Below, one piece after another: positions 27,847 to 37,990 of a DNA stretch of 64,000 bases; the stretch's first letter is position 1; the number at the start of each line of letters is the position of its first letter. The notes beneath the pieces were generated by a model. That model ran no database searches. It worked only from the letters and a program-made list of their open reading frames with translations, and was not told the DNA's origin. The position numbers and the translations under genes are program-made. Source of the DNA: a virus; the IMG/VR virus record IMGVR_UViG_3300027850_000169, positions 27,697 through 91,696 of that record, one strand, 5' to 3'.

Positions 27847-27880
27847 AAACCCCGCAACTAGCTAGCTAGTTGCGGGGTTT
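27847..27880. terminator. Bidirectional terminator between convergent dndC and lysin
   Basis: Perfect palindrome aaaccccgcaactagct|agctagttgcggggttt. Confidence 0.85.
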
Positions 27881-27892
27881 TTGCGTACAGAT

Positions 27893-28489
27893 TTAAAGTC
27901 CTGTAGGCTTGCCGTTGACGCGAGTAAACACCCGTCCCCAGCCATCGCTCGGATTAGCCCAAAGTTCACGCATCAAGTCAAAGCTGTAGCGGTCATTCTT
28001 GCCAGTATAACCCCCAATGCTCCGATAGAAGTTCTGAGCGCCTTCGCGGACACCGTATGGGTCATTTATAATGATTTGCTTGGTGTTTTTATCGTATCCA
28101 ACTATGCAAACAATATGTCCTGAACTCTTGTAAATAAGCCCTGCTGGCATAGGCATATCTGCGTCAATGGAGGCGATTACATGGTCAATATTTAGCGACG
28201 TGCTGAAGTATGATTCCAGTTCTAGTTCTGCGAGTGCACGAGTGTTTGCGGTATGGTCTGTCGTATCCCCGAAAGTGTTCAATATGCGGCCATAATAAGA
28301 CTCTCCCTCGCTGTAACCTAAACGTTTCGCCGCATCAGTCAACGACTCTAATCCGTGACGCTTCAAAATGTAATTTGCAGCCATCGCATTCGATGTCATG
28401 CAGCACTGTCTCGAACCCGACCCAAACAAGTTAGAATCGTTATCATTTTGGTCAAAGTGGTCAACATTTAACAGCTTTTTAGTAGTCAT
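27893..28489 (-). CDS. C39-like cysteine peptidase, probable endolysin
   Basis: RQC..TS.AM, GHIV.IVGYD, INDPYG; last gene of the late operon. Confidence 0.75.
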   Translation of the reverse strand: MTTKKLLNVDHFDQNDNDSNLFGSGSRQCCMTSNAMAANYILKRHGLESLTDAAKRLGYSEGESYYGRILNTFGDTTDHTANTRALAELELESYFSTSLNIDHVIASIDADMPMPAGLIYKSSGHIVCIVGYDKNTKQIIINDPYGVREGAQNFYRSIGGYTGKNDRYSFDLMRELWANPSDGWGRVFTRVNGKPTGL

Positions 28490-28495
28490 AAATTC

Positions 28496-28711
28496 TCACG
28501 GTAATTGAACTTTTTTATGAATTCGTAGTTTAATTATTTTAATGATACAGAGAGTTCTTACTAGGTCAGCTTCAGCATTTTCCCTTAATCCATGTGCCGC
28601 CATTCCCGATATGTAACCATATTGAATCGACATATCTTCTAAAGCATACAGCAATTCTTGCAAGGTAGAATCTGGATTTTCCAATACTTGAGAAACTTGA
28701 TATTCTGGCAC
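28496..28711 (-). CDS. Hypothetical protein
   Basis: Small ORF in the lysis region. Confidence 0.45.
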   Translation of the reverse strand: MPEYQVSQVLENPDSTLQELLYALEDMSIQYGYISGMAAHGLRENAEADLVRTLCIIKIIKLRIHKKVQLP

Positions 28712-28746
28712 GTTCTTCAGAATTAAATCTGTAAAATTTTACGATT

Positions 28747-29166
28747 CTAATTATTGTTGTCAATGTCTTCTAATGAGCCATCTTTTACGGTGTTAGAATT
28801 TCTGAAAGTTGTTCCAGATACTACTATTGTCACCATAGTATTGATTGCAACTATCATCTGAGAGGGGATTTCGCGGTCTGCCCATATTAGAAAGTTGTAG
28901 TTGATAACCGCAGTTACCATAGCAAGGGCTAAGCCCATCAAAGCATAATCAATGGTTGATAGTTTTACTTTTGATTCTTGTTTAAGACCTGTCGCTTTGA
29001 ATACACTAGACATAACGCTTCCTCCGCCAAAACTACCAAGCAATGCGATTAAGTCTGTTGGGATTGTTTTATTTGTCCAGGTCAAAAGCATATAACTAAT
29101 TATTATCAATATAGCGCTTGTCGCCATAGTGACAATTACATAATCCGCTAAAAATAACTGCTTCAT
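28747..29166 (-). CDS. Holin-like membrane protein (internally duplicated 2-TM unit)
   Basis: DY....(TM)..W....IP repeated twice; upstream of the lysin. Confidence 0.6.
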   Translation of the reverse strand: MKQLFLADYVIVTMATSAILIIISYMLLTWTNKTIPTDLIALLGSFGGGSVMSSVFKATGLKQESKVKLSTIDYALMGLALAMVTAVINYNFLIWADREIPSQMIVAINTMVTIVVSGTTFRNSNTVKDGSLEDIDNNN

Positions 29167-29171
29167 TTATC

Positions 29172-29621
29172 TCAACCCTCATAAAAATCGGACTCGTTAA
29201 CTTGATTTAGTCGTCGTCTTTCTCTCTCCCATTTAAGCTTTTCTCTTAGTCCCTCTACTCGGTCTGCGGGTGAATCATATCCACCCGCGATGAAGTCACT
29301 AGCACCCATGACCGTTCCTAATAGTTCATGGACTAGAGCCATTTGCTGTTGAAGCGTTTCAATATTGTTGGCATTTGGTTCGACTCTGCGAAGAAGTTTG
29401 TTTACATTGTTCTGGTTTTCTTGAGTCTTCGTTTTCGCCACATAAACCAATTTGAAAAGTATTGCATAAGCACCTTCAAGTTTCCTAATTTTTTTCGACA
29501 GGAAAAGAAAAGCAACAATATTGATTGCACTTAATATGATAGACACATATAGCAATAGCTGTAAATAATTGCTATATAAATCAAGGTCAACGTTAGTCGC
29601 GTTCCAGCCAATAATTTCCAC
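29172..29621 (-). CDS. TM + coiled-coil protein (lysis region)
   Basis: One TM followed by heptads. Confidence 0.55.
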   Translation of the reverse strand: MEIIGWNATNVDLDLYSNYLQLLLYVSIILSAINIVAFLFLSKKIRKLEGAYAILFKLVYVAKTKTQENQNNVNKLLRRVEPNANNIETLQQQMALVHELLGTVMGASDFIAGGYDSPADRVEGLREKLKWERERRRLNQVNESDFYEG

Positions 29622-29683
29622 TGTAGTAATAGAGGTTTCAATGTAGTGAATCTAGATCAATTGTTTATGTATTTCACAAACCT

Positions 29684-30025
29684 TTATAACAACCTCCGTA
29701 AGTTTTCTGCAAACTTCCTTTCCCAATCAAACCGTCTCAACGCTTCCCAAGTCCAAGGTCTGCCCGGTCTACTGCTTCCATTCCGGTAAGTTACTCCTTC
29801 GTGGAGGTAGATTGCATAGTTAACACCCCATATATAATTAGCGAGAAACCTAGTAGGGAAAAGTGGTAGTTGACTAGCTCTGAATGCTCCTGTGTCCACG
29901 ATATCACCACTGTAATCTGGAAAAGCGCCAGGTTCAGAAATAACTTGCGTCATCTCCGCCCCAAACTGAAAAGAGGTTTGTTTAAAAGCTTGCTCGATTT
30001 TGTTTTCCAATTCTTGCAGTGACAT
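29684..30025 (-). CDS. HK97 gp10-like tail-completion/neck protein
   Basis: IVDTG.FRAS, YAIYLHEG, PGRPW. Confidence 0.75.
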   Translation of the reverse strand: MSLQELENKIEQAFKQTSFQFGAEMTQVISEPGAFPDYSGDIVDTGAFRASQLPLFPTRFLANYIWGVNYAIYLHEGVTYRNGSSRPGRPWTWEALRRFDWERKFAENLRRLL

Positions 30026-30390
30026 TAATCAATCTCCAAATAGCTGGTTGCCCAGCTTGGGACTTTTCCTTCTTTCGATAACTGAGAGAAGGTGTCAGAT
30101 ACATAGCCTGGAATTCCGGCATTCATTTCATCAAAACTTTCAAGCATTTTAGCGTAAGGGTTAAACCATTCAATCTTTGGGTTTTTAACTCCCTGAGAGG
30201 ACAAGGTTGCGACTCCTAGACCTGCGATTGGGATAGCACTTTGATTGGCATTCTCTAGTAAATGTTTATCAATCGCCCTCAAGGCTTGAAAGACTAAAGT
30301 TAATGGTTGATATGCAAAATTATCAGCATTAAATCGAGCATCATTGGGGAAATAGAATTGCAACTTCCACCAATATCCAGCCCAATCTAT
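30025..30390 (-). CDS. Tail assembly chaperone, -1 frameshift extension (gpT-like)
   Basis: The -1 frame is open from the A AAA AAA slippery site: IDWAGYWWKLQFYFP... Confidence 0.65.
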   Translation of the reverse strand: MDWAGYWWKLQFYFPNDARFNADNFAYQPLTLVFQALRAIDKHLLENANQSAIPIAGLGVATLSSQGVKNPKIEWFNPYAKMLESFDEMNAGIPGYVSDTFSQLSKEGKVPSWATSYLEID

Positions 30391-30845
30391 TTTTTTTCAG
30401 GCTTGGCCACAGCATCTATTTCAGCTTGCTGCTCTGGCGATGGAGGAACTTCTAGCTTGCGTTCTTTCCATCCACTTTTTTCATCAATCGTGAAATATTC
30501 ATAGATGGCATGAACTAACAACGATGACATCGGACGCTTGGCTTTACTACTTTTGGACGGCATAACCAAAACTTCTTCTTTCGACAAAAACTCGTTTGGC
30601 TTCTTGCCAGCCCGAAACTGCAAAAGTTGAGAAACAATTTCTGATTCAGCCGCGCTCATAGGTAGCTTTTGACCGTCCTTATCTTTTTCTGCGTTGAGGA
30701 TGTAAGTGTTAAGTAAATCTTCCTCAATCCAGGTTAAACTACCGTATTTTGGTAATATAATTTCATTGCCAATACCATCGGATACCGCGTGAGTGCCGGG
30801 GTCTTCTTGATAAGATTTGAACGGGAATAAGTTATCTTCTGGCAT
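30387..30845 (-). CDS. Tail assembly chaperone (gpG-like)
   Basis: Downstream of the tail tube gene; ends GAA AAA AAA TAG. Confidence 0.7.
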   Translation of the reverse strand: MPEDNLFPFKSYQEDPGTHAVSDGIGNEIILPKYGSLTWIEEDLLNTYILNAEKDKDGQKLPMSAAESEIVSQLLQFRAGKKPNEFLSKEEVLVMPSKSSKAKRPMSSLLVHAIYEYFTIDEKSGWKERKLEVPPSPEQQAEIDAVAKPEKK

Positions 30846-30848
30846 AAT

Positions 30849-31073
30849 TTAGTGATTGATTGGTAGCTCAATATTCAGATTCACAAGATTTAAACTGTCA
30901 GGTAATCGAACCGTTATTCGCTTGACAGAATCACCATCCTTCAAAATGCAAACGGTTCCTTGGATTTTGGTTTTTCTTACTAACAGAATTCCGACCTGTA
31001 CATTGCCCTCGGTAGCCCAACAATGACAAGCAAATACATCCAAGGAACGCAAGCACCTAAAAAATTGCCGCAT
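30849..31073 (-). CDS. Hypothetical protein
   Basis: Tightly packed in the tail operon. Confidence 0.5.
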   Translation of the reverse strand: MRQFFRCLRSLDVFACHCWATEGNVQVGILLVRKTKIQGTVCILKDGDSVKRITVRLPDSLNLVNLNIELPINH

Positions 31074-31077
31074 AAGC

Positions 31078-31776
31078 TTAAACAGCTACGGGAACTGGGT
31101 CTGTTTCAACTATCTTCCCAAGTAGGGTTATATCCATGTCTGCGTTGATGAACCCATCGTCCGGCGCGCCTTCCTTGATACCAGTACAAACGGCAGGGCC
31201 TTCAATACGGTCGCCTGCCGTATAGGCATCAGTAGGCGCGGGCATTTCGCGAATCAAATGAAATTCGCGGTCATTCTCAGCACACCATTTGATTGTTTTA
31301 TAGCCTGCATTCTTGAAATAATACAGACCAGGTAACGAGATTTTTTTCTCAACGCCTGTGATGATACCGTCTTGAGCGCCACCAGTATTAAACGTGGTCA
31401 CGCCAGAGAAGTTGTAACTCCGGTCAAGGTCGGCACTTTTTCTATCCCAAATATAGGTAGGGAATTCGGCAATTGCGCCAGTAGGAATTGCTTCAGGTAA
31501 AACTACAACAGTTAGGGAGGTTGCATTGGCCGCAGTAGTTGTATCAACTTGACAGAGAAATTCTTCGCCATCAGTTCCCACAAACATTAAGTATTGGCCT
31601 TTCTGGATAATCCCAGTCAATCCGGCGACTGTGATTGAAGTTGCACCCTTCGCGGCTGCCGTTGCCGTTAGCGTAGACTTTATGGGTTTTGTTCGTTTAC
31701 CTTTGGGAAGGACGGCAACATATATCTCGGTTGCCTTTCCTTCTACCGGAGCGTGAGAAGCCAGTCTTACAGCCAT
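31078..31776 (-). CDS. Major tail tube protein
   Basis: Size, position before the chaperones, beta-rich composition, inserted Ala/Thr-rich domain. Confidence 0.65.
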   Translation of the reverse strand: MAVRLASHAPVEGKATEIYVAVLPKGKRTKPIKSTLTATAAAKGATSITVAGLTGIIQKGQYLMFVGTDGEEFLCQVDTTTAANATSLTVVVLPEAIPTGAIAEFPTYIWDRKSADLDRSYNFSGVTTFNTGGAQDGIITGVEKKISLPGLYYFKNAGYKTIKWCAENDREFHLIREMPAPTDAYTAGDRIEGPAVCTGIKEGAPDDGFINADMDITLLGKIVETDPVPVAV

Positions 31777-31820
31777 TTACTTTAAGAATATTAACCGTAC
31801 TATTATTAGTATCAACAAAA

Positions 31821-32231
31821 TTACCTTTGCCAATTGATGACAGCAGATTCTTTCAAGTAAAACGATTGACTCTCAACTGTTTGCATAGACCCGTCAGCCA
31901 AGATTCGAGGCCCTATTCTTTGTACCAAGTCCCAAAGATTCGCAACTAATAAATCGTGAGCAAAGGTTGTATCTTTTGTCAAATTCCACTGATTCACAAC
32001 CAACCTACTTTCATGCTCAAGCAATGTTCCGCCCAACAAAAATCTAATATTGGTTGAAATGCGAGGGTAAATAACCACTTCCAATCCCGTGATATTTGTT
32101 CCGGGCTGTGGATAAGGCCTGTTTGAAGCGATAGCAATCGCGGGAACAGAAGTATTGTTAGCAAAAGTATAGACCCCTAATTCGCTTGCCAACACTTTGA
32201 TAATTCGTTCTCGCAATTTGCTATAATCCAT
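31821..32231 (-). CDS. Tail terminator-like protein
   Basis: Position before the tail tube gene; LG.YTF...PAI...GLEVVI. Confidence 0.5.
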   Translation of the reverse strand: MDYSKLRERIIKVLASELGVYTFANNTSVPAIAIASNRPYPQPGTNITGLEVVIYPRISTNIRFLLGGTLLEHESRLVVNQWNLTKDTTFAHDLLVANLWDLVQRIGPRILADGSMQTVESQSFYLKESAVINWQR

Positions 32232-32602
32232 TATTCAATGACCGAGGCTTCTATTTTAAGTTTACCTTCTTCTACTACAACGTCTTGAGTTCCAATTGAG
32301 CGCTGAATTCCGTAAATTAAGCTCAAGCCGCTTTCAAGGCTTTCGGTATCAGAACCAGCTATAACAAAAGTTGCACTTAACGAGTTTGTTCCGATTGTAG
32401 TTGTCATTGCAGCACCCGCAACCGTAAGAACTGCCGCAGAGTCAGGGTCTGTTATCAATTGTTTGGCCAAGAATTTTAACGTTGCACCTGTTTGGTTTGC
32501 GCCTTGGATGACAATTTGACAAAAATAATCTTTCCCCATTTTTAGCGATTGACCGTCAGCGTCTTCATCGTCAATTGTGAATCGAGAATAATTTTTAAGC
32601 AT
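32231..32602 (-). CDS. Virion structural protein (BppU-N-like beta domain)
   Basis: G.D......TGATLKF...DT..L....Y......EGK..I. Confidence 0.5.
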   Translation of the reverse strand: MLKNYSRFTIDDEDADGQSLKMGKDYFCQIVIQGANQTGATLKFLAKQLITDPDSAAVLTVAGAAMTTTIGTNSLSATFVIAGSDTESLESGLSLIYGIQRSIGTQDVVVEEGKLKIEASVIE

Positions 32603-32604
32603 CG

Positions 32605-33294
32605 TTAATCCTTGGCTAAAATAAGGGTTCCACTTGCAACATTAGCCCTTTGACTGATTGTGCTATTTTCAACTATTACCACAAAATCAAACTCTGACTC
32701 TGTACCAGAAAAAATAACTTGATTAGGGCGTAACTGCAAGGCTGCCAAAAGTAATATTTTCCCATCTCCCAAATCTTGAACAAAGTCAGTTATTATTCCA
32801 CCTGGCGCCCCGAACCTGGTTTTAGTCAAAATAACGACATCTGTTCCAGGTTGGTTGATTTTAAAAATTACTTGCAGTAATTCAACGGCTAAAACGGTTG
32901 TTTCTGTAAAGTTAATTGCTAAGCTGATTTGATGGGAATTACCCTGTCTTAGACTCTGCCGGTGCAAGTTTTTCCCAACACAAGAAATTGCCGCTGTGGG
33001 CGCTGGCGATTCGGGCCAAATAGCTAGACTACTGCAAACAGTTTCGGTTTCAGTATCAATCAAGCTTGCCGGAAAGTGTTTGATAAGCGCGGTAGCTTTA
33101 CCATTTGACTCCGTTCCTACCTCTCCTAACCATTGACTTGATAGAAACCATTTAAGACCTAGCTCGGTCGCCATAGATTCGGTCTCTGAAACTGTTGCAG
33201 CGTCAGGATAAATACGTTTCCTTAGTCCCGATGCTAATATTTCAACAGTTTCAGTTTCGGTTAGCGCTGGTGCAGCGGGGAAAAACTGGGGCAT
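32605..33294 (-). CDS. Probable virion structural protein
   Basis: Late operon; beta-rich C-terminal domain. Confidence 0.5.
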   Translation of the reverse strand: MPQFFPAAPALTETETVEILASGLRKRIYPDAATVSETESMATELGLKWFLSSQWLGEVGTESNGKATALIKHFPASLIDTETETVCSSLAIWPESPAPTAAISCVGKNLHRQSLRQGNSHQISLAINFTETTVLAVELLQVIFKINQPGTDVVILTKTRFGAPGGIITDFVQDLGDGKILLLAALQLRPNQVIFSGTESEFDFVVIVENSTISQRANVASGTLILAKD

Positions 33295-33342
33295 GATAAT
33301 AAACCAAGAATTTAAAAAGGCATTTCAACAATACCCTTTCGA

Positions 33343-34143
33343 TTATTTAAGTTGGAAAGTGAACGAACCCGCCTGTAGAATCATTTGCGCGTTAGTAGCC
33401 ATGTTTACGTTTGGAACAAGAGGGGCGCTAGCAAGATATGGCCCACCATCCTCTGAACCAAATAAAGCGACATGAGAAATATTACCTTGAGCGCTTGCAC
33501 TTATTGGAAATTGTAAGTTTAGAGCGGTTCCCAAACTACCATTTACGGCTGAGGTAAATGAAGTCTTATTATTGTTAAGTGCTTGCCTAACGTATTCAGC
33601 AGCGGCGGGTTCGATTCCGCTGGCGGTCGCCGTTGGCGCTGAACTCGTGTATCCCGCCCACAGAATTGGCTCAAGCGGCAAAGGTGTACCCAAGTAAAGG
33701 TAGTTCATAATCGCAGTTCGCCAGTATTGACTGTAGTGCGAAGTAGCTTTAAATCTATGGGTGATAACACCAGCAGGGATTATTAAACTATTTCGATTCT
33801 GAATAGTTAAAGACCCGTCTATCGGGATGAAAAGCAACGGGTTTCCGCCCACACTGGAATCGTAAATAGTCAAAGCGACTGGAGTTCCTTGGGCCCCGGA
33901 TGCTCTTGGCATTTCCAGGTCTGCAATATTAGTGACCGTGCCATCTACAGCTACGCTCCAAACGGTTGGAATAGCGCTAATTCGAGCGTAGTTAGCGCCA
34001 ACAGGTTCGGTTCCAAAACCGTTTGGAGCCGATGCTGTCATCGTGTACCCGATATGCTTGCTCGGTGGTGGAAAATTAATCCCACCGAGCAATGCGTCTT
34101 GGATTTTGTTAGCAAGCCAGCCTGATATCGTTCCGTTAGCCAT
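33343..34143 (-). CDS. Virion protein with two tandem Gp80-like domains
   Basis: GYT..AP....G.EP....Y.R...W/F..AV.G...D...GG repeated twice. Confidence 0.6.
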   Translation of the reverse strand: MANGTISGWLANKIQDALLGGINFPPPSKHIGYTMTASAPNGFGTEPVGANYARISAIPTVWSVAVDGTVTNIADLEMPRASGAQGTPVALTIYDSSVGGNPLLFIPIDGSLTIQNRNSLIIPAGVITHRFKATSHYSQYWRTAIMNYLYLGTPLPLEPILWAGYTSSAPTATASGIEPAAAEYVRQALNNNKTSFTSAVNGSLGTALNLQFPISASAQGNISHVALFGSEDGGPYLASAPLVPNVNMATNAQMILQAGSFTFQLK

Positions 34144-34348
34144 TGCCTTCTACCTCTTTTGGTGGCTTATTCTTTGCCTTGGATTCAAGCAAAAGTTGTT
34201 GCTGAGGTTCGGTGGGTAGATTGGGAGATATCGGGATTGCTTTTTCTTCAATCTTTGTGTGGAAAGCTTCGTCAAAATCCGTAGTTTCAATTAGTACAAA
34301 ATCTAACTCAGGACGGCGATTGTCTTTAACTTTGATTAGTTCAACCAT
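34136..34348 (-). CDS. Small head-associated protein
   Basis: Directly after the capsid gene; I...DFD...H motif. Confidence 0.55.
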   Translation of the reverse strand: MVELIKVKDNRRPELDFVLIETTDFDEAFHTKIEEKAIPISPNLPTEPQQQLLLESKAKNKPPKEVEGNG

Positions 34349-34359
34349 GATTTTGACCT

Positions 34360-35502
34360 TTACCCTAAGATTCTACAGGCACATTCGGGCCTGATAACAG
34401 CACATCCGTAGAGAACGTCGAAACAGAATTTTGTCTGTTTGTATTCGCGAGAAATCTCCAACCGCATTGTCATTCCCGACAGGTCATCGGTAAAAGATTC
34501 AATCCGATTTCCGATTGGGTCAATGTCTAACAATGGGCGAACAGCAAGCGCAAAGGAGTCTCGGTGGAAAGCCATGTTGACGACGTGACTAGCTACAACC
34601 GTGATAGCTGTACTCGCAGCGGGAGCAGTTTTTAGTGCTGGAGAAATTGGCCAACTTGTTAAGGTAGCGTCCTTTCCTACAACGTAGCCGTTCGGGTCGC
34701 CTGCAATCTTGAACAAATCACCTTCGGCAGGTGCGACTGTTGCACCAGAAACAGTTAAAGTTTTCACCCCAATCGTGTTGGCTGCGCCCGTCGTAACAAT
34801 CGTACCCGCAGCTTGGGTTACGTGAGTAAGGGAGTTTTGGGTCATGTACCAGTCAAAGCCAAGTTTTCGACCAATCATCCCCTCTTGAATTGTTGCAACA
34901 GAACCAGAGTCGGATGCAGAAATAAATTGAGGGAGTGAGGTTGCGTTTGCCTCAGCATCAACATCTAAGATAATTCGGCGGTCAGCCATTGGAGCAAGTT
35001 GTCGGTTCAGAACTTTTCTTGCTTCTTGTGCTGCACCCAACCCACGATGTGAGGCATAAGTTCCAGCTACTTCCGGTTGAAAAGGTGTTTGTCCAGCGGT
35101 TCCGGCGATACCTGGAATCTGTTTGTACAAACCCATAATTGACTTGTCAATCGAGTTCGCCAAACTACGAGCGGCTTCGAGAACTTGCAAATTTTGAAAT
35201 CCATCCATTACTTGAAGAAGGTCTTTGTCTGTCATCGCAAATTCAACCTTCTTCCACTGGTCAAGCTTTACTTGCACCATGCTCGGCGAAATTGCTGGAG
35301 CGGGGTAGGGGATGTGATTGGGAATTACATCTACGGCATCGCCCATGCTGGAAGGAATTGGAACATCGACAGTTGAACCGCGTTGCCTTGCGTCGGTGTC
35401 AAAGTTTCGATTAACGAGCGCACCCATGATTGAGTTTTCGCGCAACGCCACAATACCTTGGGCGAGAATTTTAGGGATTACTGCTTCTAAATTATTAGCC
35501 AC
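34360..35502 (-). CDS. Major capsid protein (P22 coat-like, HK97 fold)
   Basis: RG.TV..PIP, A...LA..ID, G.IG...GF....QN, AFHRD.FALA.RPL, DVLYG....RPE. Confidence 0.9.
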   Translation of the reverse strand: MANNLEAVIPKILAQGIVALRENSIMGALVNRNFDTDARQRGSTVDVPIPSSMGDAVDVIPNHIPYPAPAISPSMVQVKLDQWKKVEFAMTDKDLLQVMDGFQNLQVLEAARSLANSIDKSIMGLYKQIPGIAGTAGQTPFQPEVAGTYASHRGLGAAQEARKVLNRQLAPMADRRIILDVDAEANATSLPQFISASDSGSVATIQEGMIGRKLGFDWYMTQNSLTHVTQAAGTIVTTGAANTIGVKTLTVSGATVAPAEGDLFKIAGDPNGYVVGKDATLTSWPISPALKTAPAASTAITVVASHVVNMAFHRDSFALAVRPLLDIDPIGNRIESFTDDLSGMTMRLEISREYKQTKFCFDVLYGCAVIRPECACRILG

Positions 35503-35648
35503 TTTTTTGTAAATGAAGAGGGGAGTATTCAGCCGCGCTCCGAATCACTCGTAGAAGAAAGGCATCACGCCAACCTTGGGCTAACTTTATAGTCAACAAA
35601 AAAGCCGGAGACCGTCCGGCTTGTAAGATATTCAGCAAAAAGTTTTGA

Positions 35649-36422
35649 TTATCGGGTAATAATTGCCTTGCCAGAGGCAATATCATCCATACTGGCACGA
35701 CCATTTCGAGCTTGCTCTACTGAATAAACTTTAACCTGTTTTCCGTTTGAGCTAACCGTTGGAGTTGCACCCGTGCCAGAGTTGGTATTTTCAGGTTCAA
35801 ACAGCACGCCCGTCGAACCCTTTTTCAGTTCAATCATTTTTTCACCGATTGACTTCGGCCGTCCATCGCTATTCATCTCAGTATTTCCGACCGAATTGAG
35901 GAAGACAATTTTGCCGTCTTCTTCTAGCTTGATGCGTTTTTGAAGTACAGATAAAATCGTTTCAACAGGTGTAATGTCTTCCATGCCTTGTGCTGTCAAG
36001 TCAAAACTTGACTTTCTGCCACCAGCCTCAAAAAAAGCTTTTTCAATTGCTGTCGTTGTACGCAGATTGTTGATTTCATTTTTTAGCTCGGAAGCTTGTT
36101 TCCGAGCCATCTCTGTCTCTGTTAAGTATTGCTTTTTCGCTTTTTCGTACTCCCTTCGCATTAGCAAGTCTTGCTCTTCTCTTTCTTCATTAGCTAGTTT
36201 TAGCTTTTGGTATTTGTCTGGGTCAATAGCTTTGACTCTCTCCAACTGAGCCAAAAGCTCTTGTTCTTTGGCGGATTTTTCGTTAAGTAACTTTTGTATC
36301 GCTGCTTTTTCTTCTCTCTCTTTTCGCAGTGCTGACAGCAGACCGTCATTGTCTGGCGACTCGGCTCGTGTAGTAGCTTGCTCTGTGGCGGTTGTCGGTT
36401 CCGTTTCGATTTCTGGAGGCAT
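35649..36422 (-). CDS. Capsid scaffolding protein
   Basis: GL.SAL.KER, IDP.KY, long coiled coil, LF...SGTGA; upstream of the capsid gene. Confidence 0.8.
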   Translation of the reverse strand: MPPEIETEPTTATEQATTRAESPDNDGLLSALRKEREEKAAIQKLLNEKSAKEQELLAQLERVKAIDPDKYQKLKLANEEREEQDLLMRREYEKAKKQYLTETEMARKQASELKNEINNLRTTTAIEKAFFEAGGRKSSFDLTAQGMEDITPVETILSVLQKRIKLEEDGKIVFLNSVGNTEMNSDGRPKSIGEKMIELKKGSTGVLFEPENTNSGTGATPTVSSNGKQVKVYSVEQARNGRASMDDIASGKAIITR

Positions 36423-36463
36423 AAATGATTATAATAGAGACTTCAATCTTTATTATAATCACC

Positions 36464-37990
36464 ATGTCGCTTAAATTCAAGCATCAAGCCATCGAACAAG
36501 ACCCAGACTTGCCATCTTATTTGAGTGAAGAATACTTGAATCAGTTGCCGTTCTGGGAATTCGTAGCTGATATGTACGAAGGCAGAACGGCATGGCGCAT
36601 GGTTGACCCAGTTCGGAATGGCTCAAGTATGGTTCTTGACATCAATATGGGCGCAAGATATTTGCCCAGAGAAGAGGCTGAACCTGAAGAAGAGTATGCG
36701 AAGCGCCTGTCTCGAAGTTACTTTGACAGAAAGTTTGCAGATGCTATCGACAGTAGTGCCGGATTTTTGTCTCGCTTTTTATTGAATGATGATGTACACG
36801 AAAGTATTGAAACCAGTATCGAGAACGTTGACCTCTGTGGTAACAGTCTGGAGGTATTCTTGAAGGCAGCAGATATAAAAAGTCTGCGAGATGACCACTG
36901 CTTTGTCATGGTTGATTTTCCAAAGCGAAACACCGAAATAACTGACGCTTATACTGAATCAAAATACAAAACTCGCCCCTATTTTTTATTAATTGATGCT
37001 AGAGATGTTATTAACTGGAATACTGAAATTAAGAACAATAAAATGATGGTGACTCAAGCCACAGTTCGGGAAACTTTTGTTAGAAAAACTGGACGATACG
37101 GTAGTGAAAAAGCGACTCGATATCGAGTGTTAACCCCAGGCGCTTATGAGGTATATGAAATAGAAGAAACGGCGACGCGGACTGATTTAATTTTAGTTGA
37201 AGAAGGTACAACCACGCTAGATTTTGTACCGTTGATTCCCTATTGCTTGCTACCGAGAGATTCAGACTTTTTTACTGGCAGACCACCATTGTATGACATT
37301 GCAGAACTAAATTTAAAATTATACCAAAAGCAGTCTGAAAAAGATGAAGCGATGCACAAAGCGAATATGGCTATTTTGCAAATTCAAGAAATAAGTCCTC
37401 CTAAAGTGAGGTCTGACAAAGACGAAACTCGTGTTGCAACAATAGGGCCGAACACTTGTCTGTGGAACGTGAACGCTTCATTTGTTGAACCATCGGGTTC
37501 AGCACTAGGACATACACAAGCTGACATTGAAAAGCTAGAGCTAACTATTGAGAAAAAGACACTTGCTTTTCAAAGTGGATACGCTGCACCCCCTACGGCA
37601 ACAGAGATTGCGCGTGATTCAGCTACGGCACAAGCTAGTCTAGGCTCAATGGCTAGAGCTAAAGAAAGCATTGTGCAGCAACTTTTTGATACTTGGTGCT
37701 TGTACATGAATGCACCGGGCAAAGGTGGAACTATTAAAGTCAATAAAAAGATTGTTGAAGTTGGAATGAGTGAAGCAAAAGCCGGATTGTTATTACAAAT
37801 CCGTGCCGCTGGTGAGATTACTCGTCAAACATTCTTAGAAGAGTTACGCAAAGGTGAAGTGTTGAGCAAAGACCTTGATGTTGATGCCGAAGTTGAAGAA
37901 CTAGAGAGTAAAATGAAGCAAGAGATGACAACACAATTAAGTAAGGCGACGGCATTAGCAAATGACAACCCCGCAGCAATTTATCAGTAG
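36464..37990 (+). CDS. Portal protein (DUF4055-like)
   Basis: YLPR...E....Y..RL, NVDL.G.SL, VDFP, RPY, INW, PPL.D.A.LN. Confidence 0.85.
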   Translation: MSLKFKHQAIEQDPDLPSYLSEEYLNQLPFWEFVADMYEGRTAWRMVDPVRNGSSMVLDINMGARYLPREEAEPEEEYAKRLSRSYFDRKFADAIDSSAGFLSRFLLNDDVHESIETSIENVDLCGNSLEVFLKAADIKSLRDDHCFVMVDFPKRNTEITDAYTESKYKTRPYFLLIDARDVINWNTEIKNNKMMVTQATVRETFVRKTGRYGSEKATRYRVLTPGAYEVYEIEETATRTDLILVEEGTTTLDFVPLIPYCLLPRDSDFFTGRPPLYDIAELNLKLYQKQSEKDEAMHKANMAILQIQEISPPKVRSDKDETRVATIGPNTCLWNVNASFVEPSGSALGHTQADIEKLELTIEKKTLAFQSGYAAPPTATEIARDSATAQASLGSMARAKESIVQQLFDTWCLYMNAPGKGGTIKVNKKIVEVGMSEAKAGLLLQIRAAGEITRQTFLEELRKGEVLSKDLDVDAEVEELESKMKQEMTTQLSKATALANDNPAAIYQ

